DNA from: a virus
Length of the DNA stretch: 43,340 nucleotides
Strand: one strand, 5' to 3'
Virus record (IMG/VR): IMGVR_UViG_3300045988_176239
The notes under the pieces are model-generated. The model saw only the letters and a list, made by a program, of their open reading frames with translations. It did not search any database and was not told the origin of the DNA. Both the position numbers and the translations under genes were made by a program. This document shows, one piece after another, positions 26,301 through 34,103 of this stretch (position 1 is the stretch's first letter; every line of letters starts with the position of its first letter).

Positions 26301-26350
26301 GCAAGTCTCCGGACGGTCAATGAAAGATCGTCCGGAGACTTGCTTTTGTT
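26301..26350 (+). terminator. Rho-independent terminator after the endolysin gene
   Basis: gcaagtctccggacg (26301-26315) pairs with cgtccggagacttgc (26329-26343), followed by ttttgtt. Confidence 0.75.
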
Positions 26351-26514
26351 GTGTGCTATACTTCCCTACGTACCGCTTATTGGTTAATACACAAATATTT
26401 TCCTACGCGTTCCGACGGTGCAACAAGAGAATACCGTCGCCCTCACGTTCTCCTGCATTCTTCCCTTAGCAGCTCTAGGGATCGACGTGGGGGCGACGGT
26501 ATACAATCCATCTA

Positions 26515-26745
26515 ATGAAAGTAAAAATTAGGGTGACTAAGTCTCTTTATATTGCCACCATTTTTGCTGCCGTCATGGTGACAGCAAACACCGCGCTCAT
26601 GGTGTATGAAGATTTCACCAACGGCACCATGAATGTGACCCGCGATTCTTTGTGGTGTGTTGGCGCAATTATTCTTTGGGTTAGCGTGCGCACCGTCCGA
26701 TTCATGCGGACTATCGGCTACCATCCCGGCTTCCACAGAAAGTAA
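26515..26745 (+). CDS. Small two-TM membrane protein in an AT-rich, terminator-flanked unit (moron-like; holin or exclusion protein?)
   Basis: 76 aa with hydrophobic segments LYIATIFAAVMVTANTALMV and LWCVGAIILWVSV. Local GC is visibly lower than in the neighbouring DNA. Confidence 0.5.
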   Translation: MKVKIRVTKSLYIATIFAAVMVTANTALMVYEDFTNGTMNVTRDSLWCVGAIILWVSVRTVRFMRTIGYHPGFHRK

Positions 26746-26752
26746 CTAAAAC

Positions 26753-26800
26753 ATAACATTCCCCGCCTAGTAACGATGATTGTTGGGCGGGGAATGTTAT
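26753..26800. terminator. 15-bp stem hairpin downstream of the membrane-protein gene
   Basis: ataacattccccgcc (26753-26767) pairs with ggcggggaatgttat (26786-26800). A TATAAT follows at 26799-26804. Confidence 0.6.
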
Positions 26801-26858
26801 ATAATACGTATTGCAGCCTCGCTAAGCAATCATAACAAAGAGGATATTTAGATATACG

Positions 26859-27227
26859 ATGTTCAATTTCTTGAATGATATCCTCTCCGACGCCACCCTG
26901 GTGGCTTTGGCTGCCCTCACTGGTACAATTTTCTCGAACGTGACGCAACGCAAAAACGCGCGCGACCAGGAGCAGATCTCAATCCTGGACATTACCGTCC
27001 GATCTCTTTCCGAGAGGGTGACTGCCCTGGAGACCAGTCTTGCGGCCGCCGAAAGAGCGGCGCACCTGGCGGAAGATGGGCGCCGGCGGGCGGAAGTGAA
27101 ATGGTGGGAGGCCGTCTCTTTCGCGCACACTGTTCTCGATTGGGGTAGGTCACTGAAAATTCTGATACCATCTGATAGAGAGGACTCAATCCCTACCGAG
27201 CCTCAAATTCCGGAATCTATGAGGTGA
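26859..27227 (+). CDS. Membrane-anchored coiled-coil protein (lysis accessory, holin- or spanin-like)
   Basis: 122 aa with an N-terminal TM segment (ATLVALAALTGTIFSNV) followed by a helical region (LSERVTALETSLAAAERAAHLAEDGRRRAE). Confidence 0.55.
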   Translation: MFNFLNDILSDATLVALAALTGTIFSNVTQRKNARDQEQISILDITVRSLSERVTALETSLAAAERAAHLAEDGRRRAEVKWWEAVSFAHTVLDWGRSLKILIPSDREDSIPTEPQIPESMR

Positions 27228-27236
27228 TTCATAAAC

Positions 27237-27470
27237 ATGTTTACTCCTGAGGTTCGCAAGGCGCTTTACGCTCTGCTCACCGCCGTTCTTGGCGTTTTTG
27301 CCGCGTTCAATGTTATTTCTGCGGATCAGGCGTCTCAGTATGCTGACGCTGCTACCCAGATTGTCGGTGCCCTGACTCTGGCTCTGGCTACGTATCACAC
27401 TCGCCCTGGCGTGGCCGCTGGCCGTCACGCCGCCGGTGAGGGTGAGGCTACTGAGGACAAGGTCGCCTGA
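27237..27470 (+). CDS. Putative holin (small two-TM protein with a charged C-terminus)
   Basis: 77 aa with ALYALLTAVLGVFAAFNVI and IVGALTLALATY, then a charged tail. It has a GAGGTG RBS and is the last gene of the lysis cassette. Confidence 0.55.
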   Translation: MFTPEVRKALYALLTAVLGVFAAFNVISADQASQYADAATQIVGALTLALATYHTRPGVAAGRHAAGEGEATEDKVA

Positions 27471-27488
27471 CCTCCGCCTTTCATAGAA

Positions 27489-27530
27489 CACTACTGCCCC
27501 CCACCGGACAAGCGGTAGGGGGCAGTAGTG
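27489..27530. terminator. Bidirectional terminator hairpin
   Basis: cactactgccccc (27489-27501) pairs with gggggcagtagtg (27518-27530), with an inner accg/cggt pairing, followed by ttt. Confidence 0.7.
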
Positions 27531-27547
27531 TTTCACGTGAAACATTC
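27527..27547. repeat. 21-bp element agtgtttcacgtgaaacattc with the 16-bp palindrome (copy 2 of 2)
   Basis: Identical to 20465-20485. It also lies at a convergent junction and overlaps the stop codon of the resolvase gene. Confidence 0.9.
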
Positions 27548-28031
27548 ACCGTCGCTCCACGTCATCACCAATGATGCGGGCGATCACACCCTCGTCGTGG
27601 CGTTTGGTGACTGCCCACAGGAAAAGATGACGCCCCGCATCGCGCGCGTCGTCCGCATCGGGCTGGCTCACACTGGCCCCAGTGGGCCAAAAACCAAGAA
27701 TTTTCAGAGCGTTATCGGGCATAGTGGTTTTTGCCATTGCAGGAGTCTGCCATACGATATCCCCGATCTCCCATTCCAGTACAGAGTTGATTTTTACTGG
27801 GGTGAGGTCTGCGAGAAAATTGTTGCCCGGTCGAAGATCGAACTGTTCACACACGATAACATCTGGGGCGAATTCGTTTCGTGTGGCTAGAATGTCGTAG
27901 GCGCTGGCCGTCCAATGCTCATACTTGAATTGTTGAACATGAATGATTGAGAATTCATGGTCGTCGTAGAATTCTCCGATGACGATTCCCGTTGACTTGC
28001 CAGGGTCAACCGCCATCACCCGTTGCATCAC
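27546..28031 (-). CDS. RuvC-like Holliday junction resolvase
   Basis: 161 aa with an N-terminal MAVDPGKSTGIV (catalytic Asp motif), an internal VCEQF and a C-terminal DADDARDAGRH. It has an AAGGAGGA RBS. The start may be GTG 28031 or ATG 28028. Confidence 0.75.
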   Translation of the reverse strand: MMQRVMAVDPGKSTGIVIGEFYDDHEFSIIHVQQFKYEHWTASAYDILATRNEFAPDVIVCEQFDLRPGNNFLADLTPVKINSVLEWEIGDIVWQTPAMAKTTMPDNALKILGFWPTGASVSQPDADDARDAGRHLFLWAVTKRHDEGVIARIIGDDVERR

Positions 28032-29077
28032 GCCTTTCCTCCTTTCTTCCGCAGACTACGTCGCGACTTGTTCACGGTAGCAATATTTTTCACCATGTCC
28101 GAACGCACTCCGTCTACCTTGAGCCATAGCGTGTCCGGCGCCATTGGCTTGCCGCGCCCCTTTTTCAAAGTCCACGGCGTATCCGGGTCGTCCGGGAAAG
28201 GCAGATTCTTGTAGCACCATATTGCACAATCCTGCGGGGAATCGAAATGGAAGTCTTCCTTCGGAATGTATCTTTTCAGGTCGTAAATGCGTCGCATGAG
28301 TGAAGGGGTGAGCCATTTCGGTAGTTCCTTGTACATGCGAAGCGATGAGCTAGTGCACGGGCAATTCACGGGTTCGCCGCCGCTGAAGCGCGAGACGCGA
28401 ATCCATTTCGTTTCCCCGCAATTCACGCAACGCATGTGAAAATACTTATGGTGATCGCTCATGAACCTGTACTCAGGGGAAGTGATTTCCCACTGCTGGA
28501 AGCGGCGTCCCATCATTTCCGGCTCCTCCCCGGTCAAGTTTTTGTTTACTGGCTTGACCGGATGGAGAATGCGGCGGTTGCGACCTTTCTTTCTTGTCTT
28601 GGTGCGCATGATAGAGATTTCACTGGGGCGAAATACTCCGTTCTCGGTCGCGAACTTCCATTCGAATACAACCGATGGTTTGAATTCGTTGTAGCACCAT
28701 TCGATAGCTGACATCATGCCGTCGAACTCAAAATTATCTACGCCATTCTTCTCTCGCCACGCCCAAATATTGAGGCGAATGTCGTTGTAAGAACGGCTCG
28801 GCATGAGCGTCTCGTTTGCTTTGCGATGGTAGCGCAAATATGGCATATCCGGCGTATGATCTAGCGCAACGTCAAGGTTGCATGGGGCGATTGGCTTGGT
28901 AATGTCGGGGCGCACGAAACGCCATTTCTTGTCCTCAGGGACCTCCAGATAGGTGAAGCACCATTCTAGGGCGGCGTCCACGGAAGGGAAAAGGAACTCC
29001 CCGCTGGGGACGCTTGTTTGAAGCCTTTCCAACCTGTTAGCGGCTAGCCTGTACAGCTTGTATGATGGTTGCATCAT
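28028..29077 (-). CDS. Hypothetical protein with three internal W/C-rich repeats and a Zn-ribbon (CVNCGETKW...VNCPC)
   Basis: 349 aa from ATG 29077 (GGGAGAA RBS, downstream of a hairpin). The repeats centre on ALEWCFTYL, AIEWCYNEF and CAIWCYKNL. Confidence 0.6.
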   Translation of the reverse strand: MMQPSYKLYRLAANRLERLQTSVPSGEFLFPSVDAALEWCFTYLEVPEDKKWRFVRPDITKPIAPCNLDVALDHTPDMPYLRYHRKANETLMPSRSYNDIRLNIWAWREKNGVDNFEFDGMMSAIEWCYNEFKPSVVFEWKFATENGVFRPSEISIMRTKTRKKGRNRRILHPVKPVNKNLTGEEPEMMGRRFQQWEITSPEYRFMSDHHKYFHMRCVNCGETKWIRVSRFSGGEPVNCPCTSSSLRMYKELPKWLTPSLMRRIYDLKRYIPKEDFHFDSPQDCAIWCYKNLPFPDDPDTPWTLKKGRGKPMAPDTLWLKVDGVRSDMVKNIATVNKSRRSLRKKGGKA

Positions 29078-29104
29078 TCGTGTTTTCTCCCTTCTCTTAT
29101 TTGG

Positions 29105-29146
29105 TTGAATAGCGGGGGCAACAATACTGTGGCCCCCGCTATTCAA
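29105..29146 (-). terminator. 15-bp stem hairpin
   Basis: ttgaatagcgggggc (29105-29119) pairs with gcccccgctattcaa (29132-29146). Confidence 0.6.
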
Positions 29147-29164
29147 ATCATGCAACCGTGTGTG

Positions 29165-29755
29165 TCAGAAAACTACCGACCATGCGGTCGAAGTATCCTT
29201 TTTGGCCTCGAACTCAATGGAAGAAATCTCTGCCCTCGGAGGCCAGAAAGCGGGCTTCGGGGCGCCGTCCTCGCCGAGGATCGTGATCCCGTTCTCGTCC
29301 TGCTCGTATGCGGGGCGACCATAATCGTCCAAACGAGGGCGCGGCTTGCTCATCCGGGTCACCAATGTTGCGTGAGCGCCCTCCAGATTCTCGCACACGC
29401 GCTTCACGGTCGCGTCGATCTTCTGCGGTGAAAGAAGATCGGCGCGCTCCCTAGCGTCGGCCGGCCAGAGGCCAGCGGCGCTGAAATACTTCGGAATGTT
29501 GAAGTGGATGAAGGTCTTTCCATTCTTGTTGATAGTGAAAACTGTGCGGTCGGTGAGCGCCTTTCCGGCGTCCTCGTCGTCGCCGTCGATCATCCAATCG
29601 GTGACAAGCATCGGCCTGCCGCTCTTGGAGGTGGTCATTTCGGCCTTAGTGATGAATGCGGAGTGCTTGCCGGGCTTGGGCGGCTCAAAATTGCCTCCAC
29701 CGGTGGCGACTTCCAGGGATGAGAGGTCGGTTCCGAAATTGAAGCCAGTTGCCAT
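29165..29755 (-). CDS. DUF669-type ssDNA-binding-like protein
   Basis: 196 aa from ATG 29755. The N-terminus (FNFGTDLSSLEV...FEPPKPGKHSAFITKAEMTTSKSGRPMLVTDW) fits the remembered DUF669 pattern, and the gene lies next to a RecA-like AAA ATPase gene. Confidence 0.55.
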   Translation of the reverse strand: MATGFNFGTDLSSLEVATGGGNFEPPKPGKHSAFITKAEMTTSKSGRPMLVTDWMIDGDDEDAGKALTDRTVFTINKNGKTFIHFNIPKYFSAAGLWPADARERADLLSPQKIDATVKRVCENLEGAHATLVTRMSKPRPRLDDYGRPAYEQDENGITILGEDGAPKPAFWPPRAEISSIEFEAKKDTSTAWSVVF

Positions 29756-29798
29756 AATTATTGTGCTCCTATAAGTCGGTGGTAAAGAATTGCGGTGG

Positions 29799-29912
29799 TC
29801 AGTTCTCGCCCTTGGTGGGCTTGTCGCGGAGTGCTTCCCTGACAGCGTCAGCGGCGATAGCGAGAGTCTCAGCGGAGACGCCACGGTCAGCGGTAACAGT
29901 GATCTTAGCCAT
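29799..29912 (-). CDS. Small hypothetical protein (37 aa), absent from the ORF track
   Basis: My translation is MAKITVTADRGVSAETLAIAADAVREALRDKPTKGEN*. It has a strong RBS (AGGAAGAGAGAAAA) and fills the gap between two genes. Confidence 0.45.
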   Translation of the reverse strand: MAKITVTADRGVSAETLAIAADAVREALRDKPTKGEN

Positions 29913-29940
29913 AATAGTTTTCTCTCTTCCTGTGTTTTGG

Positions 29941-30681
29941 TTAGTGGCTAGTGATGTAATTGTGAATCTTGGTCATGCTCGGGTTCCCCATTGCCGGCGG
30001 GAACCCGAGCGTCTGTTGCTTTGTCACAACGTTCGGTTTGCGAGTGTACAGTACTGGCACGGTGATTTCTTCCCCGTCCCCGTTGTCCACGTTCTCCCAT
30101 TCCATGTAGCCGACGAAATTGAACAAGGCGGGAATGCGCTGCCCAGACTTCTGCCCCTCAAAAGACGGGGCAATGAAAACCTCCCCAGTGACCTCACTGC
30201 TCTCGCGCGCGGAATGCGTGATAGCAATGAATGAAATGTCGGGGGCGTCCAGGAATACGCTGATCGCCTTCAATAGGGAATCGTATACTGCCCGCCACTT
30301 CGTCCACGTATCATTCGACACCGCCTCATAATGGGCCAGAATGAGTTCCTGACACTTATCCAACGTGTCGAACACGACAGTCCTGTAGGGGAATCCTGCA
30401 AGATTACGCGCAATATTGTCACAAAGATTGGCGCAATCAACCCACTTGTCACAATGCACGACAGTAATGTTCTGTAGATTCCCCCAATCCCGTACGGGGA
30501 GCGTACCGGATTCGAAATCAACGTACAGGACGGGCGACATGTCGTCCACCTGCGATGCTGTGGCTGCGAGCGATGTTTTGCCGACGCCACTCACACCATG
30601 AATAAGCATGTTGAAATGGTTATTCTGCTCCGGGTTTACGACCGTCATTCCGAGACGGGCGAGAGTGTCCTCGAAAGTCAT
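29941..30681 (-). CDS. RecA-like AAA ATPase (AAA_24 / Sak4-like recombination protein)
   Basis: Walker A LIHGVSGVGKTSLAA and Walker-B-like TVVFDTLD. ATG 30681 lies 9 nt after AGGAGGTG, which fits better than the GTG at 30693 in the ORF track. Confidence 0.75.
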   Translation of the reverse strand: MTFEDTLARLGMTVVNPEQNNHFNMLIHGVSGVGKTSLAATASQVDDMSPVLYVDFESGTLPVRDWGNLQNITVVHCDKWVDCANLCDNIARNLAGFPYRTVVFDTLDKCQELILAHYEAVSNDTWTKWRAVYDSLLKAISVFLDAPDISFIAITHSARESSEVTGEVFIAPSFEGQKSGQRIPALFNFVGYMEWENVDNGDGEEITVPVLYTRKPNVVTKQQTLGFPPAMGNPSMTKIHNYITSH

Positions 30682-30696
30682 GCTATGTTTCACCTC

Positions 30697-31446
30697 CTAA
30701 CCGTTGATAGTGTAGTTTTTGAATGCTTCTGTGTGGCGCTCGTGCGAGCAGTACCAACATAGGGGGGACGATTGGAGACTGTCAACACCACCGCCATGTG
30801 ACCTTGCTCTCTCCCAAATGTTCCGGAGTCTCTCTATGGCCGCGAGCGCAACGTCCTGCCGCCACGGGAAAGAGAATTCACAAATACTGTCAGGCACTAC
30901 CTCTACGCTGCAATCCCTTGGAAGGGCGACGATGGAACAGCGGGCTACGCCATAGCCGAGTTGTGTGAGGCCATATCCGTAGAGCATGATTTGAATATAG
31001 TATTTACGAAACTGACTTCCTGCAGCCGTGTTGGCGAATCGTGGTAGATCATTGTCCCATTTGACGCTTTTCCGGAATGCGGAAATCTTTTTCCGTGAGA
31101 GCAGCTTCCAGTCTAGGACCGTTTCCGCCGCAATATCGAAACGATCCACACTCCCAGAAATACGCCCATAGTCTTCAAGATCACATACCTCCACTCTCTT
31201 CTCCACTAGAACATTCGGCTCGTTTCTTGTGCGCGATTCGGCGAAAGCGTGAAATGCGGTGCCGAGGAACGGCGCCAGCGGGATGCCCGTATTTTCCGTG
31301 TCGTGTGAGATTCCAAGGAGTTTGTCGGCAATGCACCGTTCGCAATCGTCCCCGATTTCGCTCACGCCGATGCGTGTTTGTTTGTCGCGTTCGGTTGGGG
31401 CGAAAACATTACTGATCGCTGTTGCTACGGCCGGGCTCAAATTCAA
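30697..31446 (-). CDS. PD-(D/E)XK nuclease (Cas4/RecB-like exonuclease)
   Basis: Motifs are DRFD...VLDWKL (D...D/ExK), QIMLYGYG (QxxxY), and Cys residues at CERC and CWYC. The start is uncertain. I chose TTG 31446 after AGGAAGGAG, because there is no in-frame ATG after the upstream gene ends. Confidence 0.6.
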   Translation of the reverse strand: MNLSPAVATAISNVFAPTERDKQTRIGVSEIGDDCERCIADKLLGISHDTENTGIPLAPFLGTAFHAFAESRTRNEPNVLVEKRVEVCDLEDYGRISGSVDRFDIAAETVLDWKLLSRKKISAFRKSVKWDNDLPRFANTAAGSQFRKYYIQIMLYGYGLTQLGYGVARCSIVALPRDCSVEVVPDSICEFSFPWRQDVALAAIERLRNIWERARSHGGGVDSLQSSPLCWYCSHERHTEAFKNYTING

Positions 31447-31675
31447 ATTTCTCTCCTTCCTGAATTGCGGCGATAGCGGCGAGCCTGACGTCACGGTAAA
31501 CTTCAATGTCTCCGCTCGCAATATCTTCAATGAAGAATAGTCTTGCGTCACCGGCCGGCATGATCTCGTAGACCGTGCCGTCAAGTTCCTCTGCCCGCAT
31601 TGCGGCCTGCTCGAGATTCGAGTAGACCCGGTAGTCGCCTTTCTGCGGTGATTCCCATACTAGGTAGACACCCAT
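31409..31675 (-). CDS. Hypothetical protein
   Basis: 88 aa with balanced composition and an ATG start. Confidence 0.5.
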   Translation of the reverse strand: MGVYLVWESPQKGDYRVYSNLEQAAMRAEELDGTVYEIMPAGDARLFFIEDIASGDIEVYRDVRLAAIAAIQEGEKFEFEPGRSNSDQ

Positions 31676-31719
31676 TAGTGTTTTTACTCTCTCTTCCTAA
31701 TGTTGGTTATGGTTGCGTG

Positions 31720-31926
31720 TTATTCGATGATGGTTGCTGTGAGTCCGGCCCGCTCCTCGATCGCTGTGGAAATGACGGCCGCATAGCATTGAATCCGCCA
31801 AATGTTCTCTGATCGAATGTTGGGTACGTGCAGTTGCATTGTCTTGACGCCGAATTTCGTGGGCCATTTCAGGATGATTGTGCGGCCGGCGATCTCGTCA
31901 ATCGTAGTGGCCTGTGTGATGCGCAT
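31720..31926 (-). CDS. Hypothetical protein
   Basis: 68 aa from ATG 31926, 9 nt after GAGAGGTG. The ORF-track GTG at 31938 abuts the RBS. Confidence 0.45.
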   Translation of the reverse strand: MRITQATTIDEIAGRTIILKWPTKFGVKTMQLHVPNIRSENIWRIQCYAAVISTAIEERAGLTATIIE

Positions 31927-31934
31927 AATATTTT

Positions 31935-32186
31935 TCACCTCTCCTCTGTGGTGAGTTCGTAAATGTCGAGACTGTTATTGGTGGCCATGCTCCGCATGAT
32001 GTTAATGTTGTCCGCCGTGACATGGATGACATTAATGTCTGAGTGTCCGTCGTCCACTGGGGCGACGATCAGGAAATTCCTGCCGACCAGTTCGCTGTCG
32101 TCGGACGCGAGAATGTCCCTGATAGTGCCTGTCATGCGGCGTCGCACTAGACGAATGGTCGAGCCGCCATGTGTTTCTGTCTTCAT
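31935..32186 (-). CDS. Hypothetical protein
   Basis: 83 aa from ATG 32184-32186. Confidence 0.5.
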   Translation of the reverse strand: MKTETHGGSTIRLVRRRMTGTIRDILASDDSELVGRNFLIVAPVDDGHSDINVIHVTADNINIMRSMATNNSLDIYELTTEER

Positions 32187-32251
32187 GGCACTTACTGTAT
32201 TCGTGTGATGGTGGTGTACGCAACCCACGTGAGCGTGGCGTCTATCACATC

Positions 32252-33646
32252 TCATATGAGGCCGCTCTCACGCAAACGCTCATACCCCGCCGCCAACCTA
32301 GGCTCCACAGCCGTCACGTCAACAGTACCCTCACACTGCAAAAGAAAACGATTCACCCGCTTTGTTTGCCCCTTACGATTCAAACGAGCAGACGCCTGCA
32401 AATTCAAAATCACACTATTATCCTCACTCAACCAAACCTCAGTATTGCAAACATTCTGCAGACCGTCGATCCCTTCAGCGGCGGCCGCAATAACAGCACA
32501 AAGAACCCTCGGCCCATCGGACTCCAGAAATCGTTGCCACTCATTATGATAGTCACTGGACAACTCAACGCTTCGGTATCCGGCGTCAGCCAGTCGTTTC
32601 CGCAACGGCGCCATGAATTTACGCGAGTGACACCACAGAATAACCTTCTCGTCCAACGGCAGATCAGACAAAATATCAAGAGTGACATCTATCTTCGAGG
32701 ATCCTCGCTCCTCGAACTCAACACTATCGTCCACGATTCTCAGCGGCCCGAGAGTGATCTGTCTGAGACGCCCATCTAGAACGGCGGCAGACGAAGCAAC
32801 ACTGGCCCCACCATCCATAACCGCCAAACGATGATCCACAAACTCCCGATACATTCTCCACTGTTCACGCCGCATCCCACAAGCAACGCGTTGAACATTC
32901 ACGGGCGGAAGATCACCGAAAACCTCACTCCCCCGCATCGCAGACCAAACATCACCCACGGAATCGCGAAGAGCACCGGAAGTCTTTTCGCCACCATAAA
33001 TCCTGGCGTACGGGGAAGCCGCAAAAGGATTGAACTGGGAGACAAAAAACTCATCCGCAAACCGATAGAAACTACGGTCGACACTATCTGGGTTCAAGAA
33101 TTTGAGGACACCGTAAATGTTGACGGGTTTATTGCCGGCAGGCGTACCCGACAAGCCAAGACGATACCTTGACTTCAATGCTTTCACGGCCCGGAAAGAC
33201 CGAGTGCGGTGATTCGCAATACGGTGCACCTCGTCCACGATCACCATATCGAACAATTTTCTTGAGAAAGAAACGAACGGCCACTTCCCCGCATCTACCG
33301 CCTTTCCCAGGGAAACCAACATCTCGAAATTAATGACCCACCAACCATTCTCGCCGTTCAGCATGTCCTCAATGTTGGTGCGCCCGGCCTTGGTAGTGCG
33401 AGACAGCACTCTCGCCTCCCGACCGGTAATGATCTTGATACTGGCCTGCCATGATGGAATGACGCGCTTCGGACACACAACAATGACTCGCCTGGTCGCG
33501 TCGAGTTTCTGTGTGGCCCAGATTGCGCCGTATGTTTTGCCGCAGCCCGGTTCCCAAGCAAGCAAAGCGCCACCGCCGCCTCGAATCGCGGCGACGGTGC
33601 GATTGATTTCTCTTTCCTGCGCCCCTGTGGGCCGAATGTTAATCAT
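32252..33646 (-). CDS. SNF2/SF2-family DNA helicase
   Basis: 464 aa with motif I WEPGCGKTYGA, motif II VDEVHRIAN, and C-terminal helicase motifs including QASARLNRKGQTK. Confidence 0.8.
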   Translation of the reverse strand: MINIRPTGAQEREINRTVAAIRGGGGALLAWEPGCGKTYGAIWATQKLDATRRVIVVCPKRVIPSWQASIKIITGREARVLSRTTKAGRTNIEDMLNGENGWWVINFEMLVSLGKAVDAGKWPFVSFSRKLFDMVIVDEVHRIANHRTRSFRAVKALKSRYRLGLSGTPAGNKPVNIYGVLKFLNPDSVDRSFYRFADEFFVSQFNPFAASPYARIYGGEKTSGALRDSVGDVWSAMRGSEVFGDLPPVNVQRVACGMRREQWRMYREFVDHRLAVMDGGASVASSAAVLDGRLRQITLGPLRIVDDSVEFEERGSSKIDVTLDILSDLPLDEKVILWCHSRKFMAPLRKRLADAGYRSVELSSDYHNEWQRFLESDGPRVLCAVIAAAAEGIDGLQNVCNTEVWLSEDNSVILNLQASARLNRKGQTKRVNRFLLQCEGTVDVTAVEPRLAAGYERLRESGLI

Positions 33647-33731
33647 TGAAATTAGTCCAAACGATCACTAGTAGGCAAGCGGCGAGCATGAACACGAAGC
33701 ATGTCACCTGCTCTCTCCTTTCCGATATGAG

Positions 33732-33767
33732 GAACCCCGCCCCGCTGACAATGACGGGGCGGGGTTC
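33732..33767 (-). terminator. 13-bp GC-rich hairpin downstream of gene 33779-33991
   Basis: gaaccccgccccg (33732-33744) pairs with cggggcggggttc (33755-33767). There is no U-tract. Confidence 0.5.
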
Positions 33768-33778
33768 GTCGCATGTGG

Positions 33779-33991
33779 TCAGTGGGCGATGGTGTGACGC
33801 TCCACCGCATCCCAGTAAGCGTCCTCGTCCACGTCCACCACATAGTAAGGGGTGCCAGTGGCGGAGAAATACTGTCCGATCACGTCATCGGCGATCGCGG
33901 CAACATCATAGTCGTCCATCTGGTCGAGCGTGGGGATAATGTCGAACATGATGACGTCATTCCGAGTGCTGCGACGAGCGACAGTGTCCAT
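33779..33991 (-). CDS. Small acidic hypothetical protein
   Basis: 70 aa, Asp-rich (DQMDDYDVAAIADDVIGQYF...VVDVDEDAYWD). It is preceded by a (GAGAGAA)n purine leader. Confidence 0.5.
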   Translation of the reverse strand: MDTVARRSTRNDVIMFDIIPTLDQMDDYDVAAIADDVIGQYFSATGTPYYVVDVDEDAYWDAVERHTIAH

Positions 33992-34051
33992 AATTTCTCT
34001 TCTCTCTTCTCTCTTCTCTCTGTACTATCACCGTTCCTCGGTGACGACCCT

Positions 34052-34082
34052 AGTGTAGGCAGGCTGTGCATCCCGCAGTCAA
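34052..34082 (-). promoter_or_regulatory. Candidate internal leftward promoter TTGACT-N19-TACACT
   Basis: Minus-strand TTGACT at 34082-34077 and TACACT at 34057-34052. The geometry matches the candidate promoter at 40427-40457. Confidence 0.3.
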
Positions 34083-34103
34083 CCCACAAGGGCGTGACCG
34101 TGC

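Noticed and set aside
27186-27890. ORFs starting MFHVKH (27186-27545 -, 27528-27890 +, and 19626-20483 -)
   Set aside because: The identical starts are produced by the palindrome TGTTTCACGTGAAACA read in both directions. The ORFs run antisense to real genes or through terminators.
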